Under the pieces are notes generated by a model. That model did no database searches. It worked only from the letters and a program-made list of their open reading frames with translations, and was not told the origin of the DNA. A stretch of 64,000 nucleotides of DNA, taken from Anaerolineae bacterium. GTDB taxonomy: Bacteria; Chloroflexota; Anaerolineae; B4-G1; SLSP01. The position numbers were made by a program, and so were the translations under genes. The DNA lies in assembly GCA_034429475.1 (NCBI GenBank), contig DAOUGD010000159.1:1604-65603 (forward strand), in the 5' to 3' direction. Below, piece by piece: positions 8,775 through 17,561 of the stretch (its first letter is position 1; each line of letters begins with the position of its first letter).

Positions 8775-10268
8775 ATGACATCAGCAATCATAATCGGCGC
8801 GGGCATGGGTGGATTGGCCGCCGCCTTGCGTTTGCGACAGCATGGCTTTACTGTGACCGTACTCGAAAAGCAGCCCCGCCCCGGCGGACGCAGCAACGTT
8901 CTGGAAGAAAACGGCTTTCGGGCCGATACCGGGCCTACCATCCTGGTGATGAAGTACGTCTTTGAGGAGCTATACCGCGCGTTGGGGCTGAACCTGGACG
9001 AGCGCGTGCGCTTTGTGCCGCTCGATCCCAATTACCGCATCTACTTCCACGACGACACGAGCCTCGACTTGTTCGGCAATATGGCGCGGCTGTCGGCTGA
9101 AGTGGAGCGCATCGAGCCGGGCGCGACCGAGCGGCTGTTTCGCTTCGTCGGCGCGGGGGCGCAGAAGTATGACCTGGCGATGGAATTCGTCGAGCGCAAC
9201 TACGATCACTTATGGGAACTGGCGAACCCGCGCGCCGGGCTGCGTCTGGTGCGCACGCAAGCGTACCAGCAGCTCTACCACCAGGTCGCCGGCTTCTTCA
9301 AGACCGATAAACTGCGCAAAGCGTTCTCGTTTCATTCGATGTTCTTGGGATTGTCGCCCTTCAAGGCGCTGGCGATGTACAGCCTGATCACCTACGCCGA
9401 TCTGGTGTATGGGATGTACTTCCCCATGGGCGGCATCTACAGCCTGATCGAAGACCTGCTCGCCCTGGCGCGCGAGCGGGATGTGGAAGTGCGCACCGAC
9501 GCGCCGGTGGCTCAAATCCTCGTTGAAGCCGGCCGCGCGGTAGGCGTCAAACTGGAATCCGGGGAGACGCTGCGCGCGGACATGGTCATCTCCAACGCCG
9601 ACCTGCCCTACACATACCAGACGTTGATCCCGGCGGCCTACCGCAAGCAATACTCCGACGCGCGGCTCCAACGCATGGAGTACGCCTGTTCCGGCTACAT
9701 TCTCTTCCTGGGCGTGGACCGGCAGTATCCCCAGATGCGTCACCAGGGGCTGTTCTTCGCCGAGGATTACCGCGCCAATCTCGACGCTATTTTCAGGACG
9801 CATACCATCCCCGACGACATTTCCTTCCATCTGAACAACCCTACCATCACCGATCCGAGCCTGGCGCCGCCGGGCCACAGCCTGCTCTACGTCCTCGCGC
9901 CGATGCCCAACTTGCAAGGGACGGTGGATTGGGACGGCGCCGCGCCGCGCGTCCGCGACAAGCTGCTCACCCGGCTGGAGCGCATTGTGGACCCCGACCT
10001 GCGCCGCCACATCGTCTGGGAGCGGGAGTATCGCCCGACGGATTGGCTGCGCGACACCAACGCGGTGTACGGCACGGCCTTTGGCTCGCTGGCGCACGGC
10101 TTCTTTCAATCGTCCTACTTCCGCCCGCACAACAAGGCTCGCGACATTGGGGGATTGTATTTCGTCGGCCAGGGCACTTACCCCGGCATTGGGATGCCGA
10201 TGGTGCTGATTTCGGCCCGGCTGCTCACCGAACGGATTTTGCGCGATGTGGGGGGAAGCCATGGGTAA
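8775..10268 (+). CDS. crtI: Phytoene desaturase (CrtI family)
   Basis: IIIGAGMGGL FAD motif, DTGPT, YFPMGG, ISNAD, LYFVGQGTYPGIGMPMVLISA. Confidence 0.9.
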   Translation: MTSAIIIGAGMGGLAAALRLRQHGFTVTVLEKQPRPGGRSNVLEENGFRADTGPTILVMKYVFEELYRALGLNLDERVRFVPLDPNYRIYFHDDTSLDLFGNMARLSAEVERIEPGATERLFRFVGAGAQKYDLAMEFVERNYDHLWELANPRAGLRLVRTQAYQQLYHQVAGFFKTDKLRKAFSFHSMFLGLSPFKALAMYSLITYADLVYGMYFPMGGIYSLIEDLLALARERDVEVRTDAPVAQILVEAGRAVGVKLESGETLRADMVISNADLPYTYQTLIPAAYRKQYSDARLQRMEYACSGYILFLGVDRQYPQMRHQGLFFAEDYRANLDAIFRTHTIPDDISFHLNNPTITDPSLAPPGHSLLYVLAPMPNLQGTVDWDGAAPRVRDKLLTRLERIVDPDLRRHIVWEREYRPTDWLRDTNAVYGTAFGSLAHGFFQSSYFRPHNKARDIGGLYFVGQGTYPGIGMPMVLISARLLTERILRDVGGSHG

Positions 10269-11211
10269 GCTACCGCCTGAATTGGCGGCAGATTACGCGG
10301 CCTGCCGCCAAATCATGTTCGCCGCGAGCAAAAACTACTCGTTTGCCAGCCGGGTGCTGCCGCCGGACAAGTTGCCGCACGTCGAGGCGCTCTACGCGCT
10401 GATGCGGGTGGGCGACGACCGGGTGGATGTGTCGGCGACGGGGTTTGACTCGGCGCTGGACGCCATTCAGGATTGGGAAACGCGCTACTGGGACGCTTTC
10501 GCGCAGGGGCGCGCCGACCATCCCGTGATGCGCGCCTACCTCCACACGGCCTTGACGTACCGCATCCCGCCGGAAACCATGCGCCCATATTTTCGCGCCA
10601 TGCGGGACGACCTCACCGTCACCCGCTTCCCCACCTTTGCCGATTTGCTACACTACATGGAAGGGAGCGCGCTGCCGGTGGGGCGCGCCCTGACGCATAT
10701 CCTGGGCGTGCGCGCGCCGCAGACCCTGGCGCAAGCGCTCTCCCACGCCGACAGCCTCGCGACCGCGATGCAGTTGAGCAACTTCTGGCGCGATATTGCG
10801 GAGGATTGGGCGCGCGGGCGCATCTATCTGCCGTTGGAGGATATGCAGCGGTTTGGCGTCGCCGAAGCGGAACTGAGCCGGGGAGACGTCTCGCCGGCCT
10901 TTGCCGCGTTGTTGCAATTTGAGATCGCGCGCACCGAGTCGTACTATCAACATGCCTACGACGGCGTTTCATGCCTGGCGACCGGGCGTTGGGGAGTGAT
11001 GAGCAGTCTTCACATCTACCACATGATCTTGCGCGACATCCGCCGCCGGCGCTATGATGTGTTCACCCGCCGGGCGGGGACCAATCACCTGGAAAAATTC
11101 GCCTGCGCCACCCTGGCGTGGTTCGAAACGAACGGCTTGATGTGCCGCACCATCCCAGGCGCGCGCACGCCGGAAGCCGCTCCCATGATGGAAATTTCAG
11201 GGAACGCTTAA
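10261..11211 (+). CDS. crtB: Phytoene synthase
   Basis: YALMRVGDDRVD, MQLSNFWRDIAED..RGRIYLP. ATG 10261 overlaps the crtI stop. Confidence 0.9.
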   Translation: MGKLPPELAADYAACRQIMFAASKNYSFASRVLPPDKLPHVEALYALMRVGDDRVDVSATGFDSALDAIQDWETRYWDAFAQGRADHPVMRAYLHTALTYRIPPETMRPYFRAMRDDLTVTRFPTFADLLHYMEGSALPVGRALTHILGVRAPQTLAQALSHADSLATAMQLSNFWRDIAEDWARGRIYLPLEDMQRFGVAEAELSRGDVSPAFAALLQFEIARTESYYQHAYDGVSCLATGRWGVMSSLHIYHMILRDIRRRRYDVFTRRAGTNHLEKFACATLAWFETNGLMCRTIPGARTPEAAPMMEISGNA

Positions 11212-14031
11212 CTCCAGCGCCGGCGCGCCGTTGGCGCTGAGGATTTCTCCCGTTTCCTGACGATACCACCCCACCCGCAGGATATAAGGCCCTGCCGGCA
11301 AGGCGTCCGGCAAGGTCAGCGTGTGGTCATCTGCGACAATTTCCCCCGCCAGCCACAACGAGGTGGGATAGGTGGCGCGGCGCGGCGCTTCGTCCACCTG
11401 CGCGATGAGCGTTTCCCCGGTTTCGGTCAGCAAGTGGATGAACACCACGTAATCCGCGCGCACCTCGGCCTGCGTCTGCCAGTACAACGTCACCCCGAAA
11501 GCCTGCCCGGCCTGCGGCGCGGCGGCGTCGTAGCCGAGCAGGCGCAGATGTCCCCCACCCTCAGCTTCCACAAACTCCGCCTGGAAAGGATGTTGCACGG
11601 CCGGCAAAGCGAAATTCCGCGCAAGCGCCTGGACTTCCACGACGCCGAGGGCGACCGGCGGCGCAGCATCCAGCGCAAGCGCCGCCGTATACGCGCCCGG
11701 CGCGAGCGTCTTGGGCAGGCGCAACAGATAACGGCCCTCCACCACCTCGCCGACGCGCCAGGCGGCGAGCGGGAAGTCGGGCGACGGCGGCCCGCTGTAG
11801 AGCGTGTGCGTCTCCGGGCCGGTCAACGTCAAAGACAGGGAAGTGGCGGAGGGAACGTCCGCCGCCTGCCAGCACGCTTTCACCAGAAGGCGCGCGCCCG
11901 GCAGAGCGGTTTCCACCGGCGGCGTCCACCCCAGGAGACGGACGTCCCCCTGCGTCACCGGATCACGACGGGGTATGTCGGGGCAAGCGGCCGCCGCTTC
12001 TTCCGGCGTGGGGACGCGGGTCGCCGGGGCAACCGCCAGGCCGGTTGCGGGCAGGAGCGCCTCCAGCCCGGCGAAGCGTTCATCTTTCAGGCGGGGCAGC
12101 GCTGTCCCGGCGTCGGGATTGTAGAAACCCACGCTCAACTGATAGCCGTCGCCCGGCGGCGTCCCGACAGGGGGCGTGAGCGTCAGTTGATCCAACACCA
12201 CGTCGCCCGGCGTCCACTGCTCCGGCGGATAGTGGAAGGCCATCGTCCGCGCCCACTCGCCGGTCTGCGGGTGGGTCAGACGCACCACCGGCTCCAATGC
12301 CGGATAGGGCGCGCACGCCTCCCACGTGAGCAGCACCGGACACGGTTCGGCAACGCGACACTCTGCGGCGGGGCGGGCGTCGTGAAGCAGCACGACGTGG
12401 GCGAAGTCCGCCGCCGCGCCGTCCGCCGCCGGGCGCAGCGCGGCGATGGCGGCAGCGTCCAGTCGGTAAGCGGTGAGCGCGGGCGTCCCGTCCGGGCCGG
12501 GATAGTCGCGGCGCGTCCAGGCGCGGGCGACGGCGTCCGGCCAGGCGGCGGGCGCGGGCAGAGAGCGCGGGATGAGATAGAGCGCGTCGCCCTGGGGCGG
12601 CAGCACCAGCGACGCGCCGCCGGTGAGCCATTTGGCCGCGCTATACTGGCGGGCCAGCGCGGCGACGGTAGGATGGCGGTAGTGTTGGCTGGCGATGTAG
12701 ACGGTGGTGTCGCGTAGATCGGTCGCGTCAAGGACTTGCGCGGTCAACGTCATGTCGCCATCCGTCGTGGCGAACAATGCGGGAGATGCGGCCCACGTCC
12801 GGTAACTTTGCCCGGCCCACAGTCCGCCGCCGCCGAGCAGCAACAGGGCGCAGCCCACGCGCGCGGCAGGCCGGAGGCGCAGCGTCTCCCAAAGCACAAC
12901 CAGCCCCCAGGCCGGAAGGATCGCCAGAAAGGGCCACAGCCCCACCAGCCGCAGATTGCTCGGCGTGATTTCGCCGGTGGCGAGCGCGCTGGGCAGCAGC
13001 ATCACCAAGAGCGCGCCCAACAAAAAGTGGCGGGAGGAATGTCTCAACGGATGGAACGGAGGGGAACGGAAGGGGAATCCGTTAAAATCCGTTAAATCCG
13101 TTGAGAAAAGCCATGCCCCCAATCCAATGATCGCCAGGAGCGCGGAAAGGGGATCCCATAGCGGGCGTCCAGGGATGTTGAAACGCACGTAAGCGTCGCC
13201 GGCGCCGGGCCAGACGAGAGCGCGGGCGCACTGCCAGAAACCGCGCGCGGCATCCTGCCAGGAGGCGGCGGCCACTTGCGTGATGCGGGTGCTGAACGCT
13301 TCGGGGTGGCGCAGGAAGTGCCATCCCAGCGGGGCAAAGACGACGAGGGCGACGGCGAGCGCGAGGAGCAATCGCCAAAATCGCTTCCGGCGTTCTTCCG
13401 GCGAGACGCCAAGGAGCGTCGCGGCCAGCGCCAATCCCAGGGGGATGGGGAACAGCCGCGCCGCCAGGTACGTGTAGCCGGTCAGCCCCAGGCAGAGGCC
13501 GCCGGCCGCAAACCAGCGCGTTTTGCCGGTGCGCAGTCCGAACCAGAGGGCGGCAACGGTGAGGGCTTGCAGCAACGGCTGCGAGATGGCGCGGAATCCG
13601 TAGCGGCTGAGGAGCAGGTGCGGAAAAGCGACCGCGACGCCGCCCGCCGCGAGGAGCGCGATCTGCCGGGCGCGGCGGCCAGGGCCGAGCAGGGCGCGGG
13701 TCGCCGGGTAGGTCGCGGCGACGGTCAGCACACCCAACAGCGCAGACGCCAGCCGCATTCCCCATACGGCCTGCCCGGTGATCCAGACCCAGAAGGCGGC
13801 GACGTAAAAAAAGAGGACTTCCTTGCCGGTGTAGGCGTGGATGAAAATGGGCCGGTAGCCGCCAGAGACGATCTGACGGATGAGAATGGTGTTGGCGGCC
13901 TCGTCATAGTGCAAGCCCAAGGGAAGGTGGGGCAAATCCCACAGGCGCAGCACAGTTGCAAGCAAGATAATGAGGAGAATGCCCCACCGGTGATTCTGGA
14001 TTTTGGATTTTGGATTTTGGATTTTGGACAA
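11197..14031 (-). CDS. GT-C (ArnT/PMT_2, GT39-like) membrane glycosyltransferase with repeated C-terminal Ig-like domains
   Basis: GLHYDEAAN motif, about 12 TMs, repeated LLGY..VTLYW..Y.VFIHL..YPTSLW..GEIV.D modules. Start uncertain (TTG 14031 used). Confidence 0.8.
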   Translation of the reverse strand: MSKIQNPKSKIQNHRWGILLIILLATVLRLWDLPHLPLGLHYDEAANTILIRQIVSGGYRPIFIHAYTGKEVLFFYVAAFWVWITGQAVWGMRLASALLGVLTVAATYPATRALLGPGRRARQIALLAAGGVAVAFPHLLLSRYGFRAISQPLLQALTVAALWFGLRTGKTRWFAAGGLCLGLTGYTYLAARLFPIPLGLALAATLLGVSPEERRKRFWRLLLALAVALVVFAPLGWHFLRHPEAFSTRITQVAAASWQDAARGFWQCARALVWPGAGDAYVRFNIPGRPLWDPLSALLAIIGLGAWLFSTDLTDFNGFPFRSPPFHPLRHSSRHFLLGALLVMLLPSALATGEITPSNLRLVGLWPFLAILPAWGLVVLWETLRLRPAARVGCALLLLGGGGLWAGQSYRTWAASPALFATTDGDMTLTAQVLDATDLRDTTVYIASQHYRHPTVAALARQYSAAKWLTGGASLVLPPQGDALYLIPRSLPAPAAWPDAVARAWTRRDYPGPDGTPALTAYRLDAAAIAALRPAADGAAADFAHVVLLHDARPAAECRVAEPCPVLLTWEACAPYPALEPVVRLTHPQTGEWARTMAFHYPPEQWTPGDVVLDQLTLTPPVGTPPGDGYQLSVGFYNPDAGTALPRLKDERFAGLEALLPATGLAVAPATRVPTPEEAAAACPDIPRRDPVTQGDVRLLGWTPPVETALPGARLLVKACWQAADVPSATSLSLTLTGPETHTLYSGPPSPDFPLAAWRVGEVVEGRYLLRLPKTLAPGAYTAALALDAAPPVALGVVEVQALARNFALPAVQHPFQAEFVEAEGGGHLRLLGYDAAAPQAGQAFGVTLYWQTQAEVRADYVVFIHLLTETGETLIAQVDEAPRRATYPTSLWLAGEIVADDHTLTLPDALPAGPYILRVGWYRQETGEILSANGAPALELSVP
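13042..13106. repeat. AACGGA-type palindrome inside the GT-C coding sequence
   Basis: TCTCAACGGATGGAACGGAGGGGAACGGAAGGGGAATCCGTTAAAATCCGTTAAATCCGTTGAGA. Confidence 0.85.
13993..14027. repeat. Heptamer tandem repeat (ATTTTGG)x4 plus one imperfect unit
   Basis: Read directly; encodes SKIQNPKSKIQN on the minus strand. Confidence 0.9.
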
Positions 14032-14084
14032 GGTTAGGAATTTTGGAGAGTCTGGCGCGTTCGGAGACCGGCCCAACCAGCCCT

Positions 14085-14112
14085 TACTCCCTATTCCCTA
14101 CTCCCCACTCCC
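14085..14112. repeat. Imperfect heptamer tandem repeat
   Basis: TACTCCC TATTCCC TACTCCC CACTCCC. Confidence 0.7.
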
Positions 14113-14117
14113 TGTTT

Positions 14118-14705
14118 TTACGGCTTCGGCTGGCCCTGTTGGGGAGCGGCGTCGGTGCAGCCTTCGAGGTTGGCGCAGAGCGTGTCGCACATCGCCTGGG
14201 TGGTGCCGGCGTAGAGGATGAAGAACGTGTTGCCGTCGCGTTCCAGGGTGTAGTTGCCGGTGCAGGGCTTGAAGGTGATGGCTTGCGTGCCGAATCCCTC
14301 TTTGGCCGTGGGGTTGACACAGCGGAAGAAGTTGACGGGATCGAGCAGGGCCTTTTTGTCGGCGACAGCGACCGCCCCGGCCTCCAACGGCTCTTCCTGA
14401 TTGCTGTATACCCGCGCTTTTACCGCGCCGATTTCCTGATAACAGGTCACGATGTGGTCTACGCCGGCGATAGTCGCGGAAAGTTCAGGGTGGCCTGCCA
14501 GCAGGGCCGCGCCCTCACTCAGGTTGGAAATGTAGCCGGTCAGGGTTTCCCCTTCGATCGCGTCGTAGCCGCTCAGGGTAGGCAACAGCTTCTCGGCGGG
14601 AGCCATCTCCGGCTTTTTCCCCAGGCCAGGGATGAATTCGCAGCCGCTTAGCAGAACAATCAGCAAGAGGGCATAAAGCAGGCGGTGGATGGATAATTTT
14701 GACAT
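14118..14705 (-). CDS. Hypothetical lipoprotein
   Basis: Signal peptide with LLSGC lipobox; SD AAGGAG; four further Cys in the C-terminal half. Confidence 0.75.
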   Translation of the reverse strand: MSKLSIHRLLYALLLIVLLSGCEFIPGLGKKPEMAPAEKLLPTLSGYDAIEGETLTGYISNLSEGAALLAGHPELSATIAGVDHIVTCYQEIGAVKARVYSNQEEPLEAGAVAVADKKALLDPVNFFRCVNPTAKEGFGTQAITFKPCTGNYTLERDGNTFFILYAGTTQAMCDTLCANLEGCTDAAPQQGQPKP

Positions 14706-14719
14706 AACTTAATCTCCTT

Positions 14720-14750
14720 TCTCAACGGATTGAACGGATTGAACGGAAGG
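14720..14750 (+). repeat. Half element of the AACGGA palindrome family
   Basis: TCTCAACGGATTGAACGGATTGAACGGAAGG, near-identical to the left arm at 13042. Confidence 0.8.
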
Positions 14751-14936
14751 TATACGAAGTATAACGCAGCCTGAAAGCGCGTCAATGAAATTAACGAAAA
14801 GGCTCCGGGCGAGTAATAGTGGTATAATCCCCCAACGGTTGGATGAAATGTAACGCCAACTTTAGTTCCCAGCAAACTGAAGTTTGCGTTACTTCGCCAT
14901 TGGCTATTCGCTATTTTTAAGTGGAGTGATTTAAGA

Positions 14937-15749
14937 ATGATTGCTTACCTCAAGGAATTGTGGGCCTATCGTGAGTTGGTCTATAATCTGGTGCTGCGCG
15001 ATCTCAAGGTGCGGTATAAAAATTCGGTGCTGGGCGTCGTGTGGTCATGGTTGAATCCCTTGCTGATGATGTTGGTGTTCACGCTGGTGTTCGATGTGTT
15101 GGGGCTGGCGCGGCAGGACATCTCCAATTATCACATCTTCTTCTTGAGCGCGCTGCTGCCCTGGAACTTCTTCTCCGGCTCGGTGATGGGGGGGATTCCA
15201 TGCATCGTCAGCAATGGACACTTGATCAAGAAAGTGTATTTCCCCCGCGAGGTGCTGCCAATTTCGGTGGTGCTGTCGAATATGGTGAACTTTGTGGTGG
15301 CGCTGCCGGTTTTCTTCCTGCTGGCGCTAATTTTCGGCCAGCGGATCACGCCGTGGGTGCTGCTCCTGCCCATCCCCATTTTGATTCAAGTCATTTTTGC
15401 GTGCGGGATCGTGTTGTTTCTTTCAACGTTGGAAGTGTTTTATCGGGATACGCACATGTTGATGGACCCGCTTATCCAGGCGTGGTTCTTCATCACGCCC
15501 ATCATTTATTCGTACAAAGACCTCCCCGACAAGGTGACGCTTTTGAACATCACCTTCAACCCGCAGACCTGGATTTTCCGCCTGAACCCGATGGCGTCCA
15601 TTATCAACACGTATCAGGATATTTTGTACCGCGGTGAACTGACCCGGTGGGATTTCCTGTCGCGCACGGGGGCGACGGCGCTGGTGGTGTTGCTGTTTGG
15701 CTACTGGTTTTTCCGGCGCTTCAGCGGCAAGTTTGGAGAGACGGTGTAA
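14937..15749 (+). CDS. ABC-2 type polysaccharide export permease (Wzm/TagG-like)
   Basis: RDLKVRYKNSVLGVVWSWLNPLL, IKKVYFPREVLP, YRD, LNPMASII motifs. Confidence 0.9.
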   Translation: MIAYLKELWAYRELVYNLVLRDLKVRYKNSVLGVVWSWLNPLLMMLVFTLVFDVLGLARQDISNYHIFFLSALLPWNFFSGSVMGGIPCIVSNGHLIKKVYFPREVLPISVVLSNMVNFVVALPVFFLLALIFGQRITPWVLLLPIPILIQVIFACGIVLFLSTLEVFYRDTHMLMDPLIQAWFFITPIIYSYKDLPDKVTLLNITFNPQTWIFRLNPMASIINTYQDILYRGELTRWDFLSRTGATALVVLLFGYWFFRRFSGKFGETV

Positions 15750-15764
15750 TTTATCCCCAACCGG

Positions 15765-15773
15765 TGTTATACT
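15765..15773 (+). promoter_or_regulatory. Extended -10 promoter for the MFS-micropeptide operon, leaderless
   Basis: TG-T-TATACT ending 15773; ATG at 15780; no SD. Confidence 0.55.
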
Positions 15774-15779
15774 GAAAGC

Positions 15780-16835
15780 ATGAATGGAAAGACCGTAGTC
15801 AGCAACCTGTCAGTCTATGGCCTCACCCACGCGCTGGTAGACGCGGCGTGTATCGCCACCCTTTTCGCCATCGTCGCGCGCGATCCTACTAACCCGCAGA
15901 GCGCTTTCCTGATCATCTTCTACAACGTGCTGGCCTTTGCCACGCAACCGCTCTTTGGTCTGTTGGCCGATCGCTTCAACGCGCCCGTCCACGCGGCGGT
16001 GTGGGGGACGCTGTTGGTCGCAGCGGCCACGTTGGTTCTCCCGCTCCCGCTGCTGGCGGTGGGGATAACGGGGATCGGCAATGCCTTGTTTCACGTCGGG
16101 GGCGGCGCCATCAGCCTGAAGCTGGCCGATGGCAAGGCGGCCCTGCCGGGGATTTACGTGGCGCCCGGCGCATTAGGGTTGGCGCTAGGGCTGTGGATCG
16201 GCAAAAGCGGGCACTTTGTCGCCTGGCCGTTCATCCTGCTGTTGCTGGCCGCCGCCGGGCTGATGGTGAAACTCCCCCGTCCGGCGCCCGCCGCGCCCCG
16301 CCCGTTGCCGGCCGATCTGCGCTGGTTCGAGGCGGTGCTCCTGTTGCTGCTCGTCTCCGTGGCGATTCGGGGCATGGTGGGCATGAGCCTCGTGCTGCCG
16401 TGGAAGTCGGAGCCGGTTTTGCTCGTTATCCTGACAGCGGCGGTCGTGTTGGGAAAAGCCCTGGGCGGTGTCCTGGGCGACCGGTTCGGGTGGACCAGAG
16501 TGGCTGTGGCGGGGCTAGTCCTCGCAACCCCTTTGCTCACGTTCTTCGCCCATACGCCGGCGCTCGCCATCCTGGGCGTCTTTTTGTTCAACCTGACCAT
16601 GCCGGTGACGCTCATCTGTGTTTCCGAGATGTTGCCGGGGTATAGCGGCTTTGCTTTCGGGTTGACGGCGTTGGCCCTGGTCATCGGCGCCTGGCCCGTC
16701 TTTACGCCGCTCCGCACTTTGACAGGCCATCCGGCAGCCATCTTCGCCGCCATTCTCATTTCCATAGTCGCTTTGTACGGGGGGCTGCGGTTGTACACCG
16801 ATCACTTTAGCGCGCCCGTCTCAGCGCATGGTTGA
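15780..16835 (+). CDS. Atypical MFS-like transporter
   Basis: About 11-12 hydrophobic segments; motif-A-like GLLADRF and GGVLGDRFG; polar motifs THALVD, YNVLAFATQP, GNALFHVGGG. Confidence 0.75.
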   Translation: MNGKTVVSNLSVYGLTHALVDAACIATLFAIVARDPTNPQSAFLIIFYNVLAFATQPLFGLLADRFNAPVHAAVWGTLLVAAATLVLPLPLLAVGITGIGNALFHVGGGAISLKLADGKAALPGIYVAPGALGLALGLWIGKSGHFVAWPFILLLLAAAGLMVKLPRPAPAAPRPLPADLRWFEAVLLLLLVSVAIRGMVGMSLVLPWKSEPVLLVILTAAVVLGKALGGVLGDRFGWTRVAVAGLVLATPLLTFFAHTPALAILGVFLFNLTMPVTLICVSEMLPGYSGFAFGLTALALVIGAWPVFTPLRTLTGHPAAIFAAILISIVALYGGLRLYTDHFSAPVSAHG

Positions 16836-16869
16836 ATGTAACCTGGGGCCAAGCGCAAAGGAGACTGCT

Positions 16870-17085
16870 ATGAAAACGGTTTTTCCGCAACTATCCATGG
16901 GCATTCTATCCTTTCTGACAGAAGCAATATGCGCTGACATCCCTCCACCAGACATATATTCCACGGAGGCAGTAGAAGCGACGACGAATTCTATGCTGGG
17001 ACTTGGTCTTGTTGTCATCATTATGGTTCTCGCCGCGTTTGTAGTGCTCAGGGCAATCAACAAGAAGAGACGTACTGAAAAATAG
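16870..17085 (+). CDS. Small membrane protein 1 (71 aa; leader-ADIPPP-TM-RAINKKRR)
   Basis: SD AAGGAG, ATG 16870; shares architecture with the next two ORFs. Confidence 0.7.
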   Translation: MKTVFPQLSMGILSFLTEAICADIPPPDIYSTEAVEATTNSMLGLGLVVIIMVLAAFVVLRAINKKRRTEK

Positions 17086-17101
17086 ACGATAGGAGGAGGC
17101 T

Positions 17102-17314
17102 ATGAAACCAGGATTGTTGCTGCTATGGGGATTGGAGTTGCTGGCACGGCTGCCGCTGCAAGGTATATTTGCCGATGCTGCGCCGCCGATGGAGTTTTTC
17201 ATCGTGCTGGGGGTGGGGGCGCTGATTGTGCTCGGCTTCATTGTCGTTGTCATTGTCGGCATTTCGATTCTGGTGATCAGGGCAATCAAGAAGCGCAGAA
17301 CTGCGGAAGAGTAG
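17102..17314 (+). CDS. Small membrane protein 2 (70 aa; leader-ADAAPP-TM-RAIKKRR)
   Basis: Strong SD AGGAGG; paralog of its neighbours. Confidence 0.75.
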   Translation: MKPGLLLLWGLELLARLPLQGIFADAAPPMEFFIVLGVGALIVLGFIVVVIVGISILVIRAIKKRRTAEE

Positions 17315-17326
17315 CAGAAGGGTGCT

Positions 17327-17533
17327 GTGAAACCAGGATTCTTGCAACTATTGGGGCTGATTTTACTCTTGCGCCTGCCAGAGCAGGGCGTGTACCTTGA
17401 CCTTGTGCCCCCATGGCCGCTGTTCGGAATAGGACTGAGTATCGTGGTGGCGCTTGGTATCTTGATCGCCGTCATCGTTCTCCTCGCATATTTGGCATTG
17501 AGAGGAGTCAAGGATACGTACTCTCGAAAATGA
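17327..17533 (+). CDS. Small membrane protein 3 (68 aa; leader-LDLVPP-TM-RGVK..RK)
   Basis: GTG start with AGAAGGG SD; 5' DNA very similar to protein 2. Confidence 0.7.
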   Translation: MKPGFLQLLGLILLLRLPEQGVYLDLVPPWPLFGIGLSIVVALGILIAVIVLLAYLALRGVKDTYSRK

Positions 17534-17561
17534 GAGCTGAACACGCGGTTCACGGGGCGCT

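Noticed and set aside
16870-17533. Classical PEP-CTERM/LPXTG substrates or known bacteriocin precursors
   Set aside because: No PEP or LPxTG motif, no double-glycine leader, and no recognisable exosortase, sortase, peptidase-ABC or RiPP-modifying enzyme nearby.
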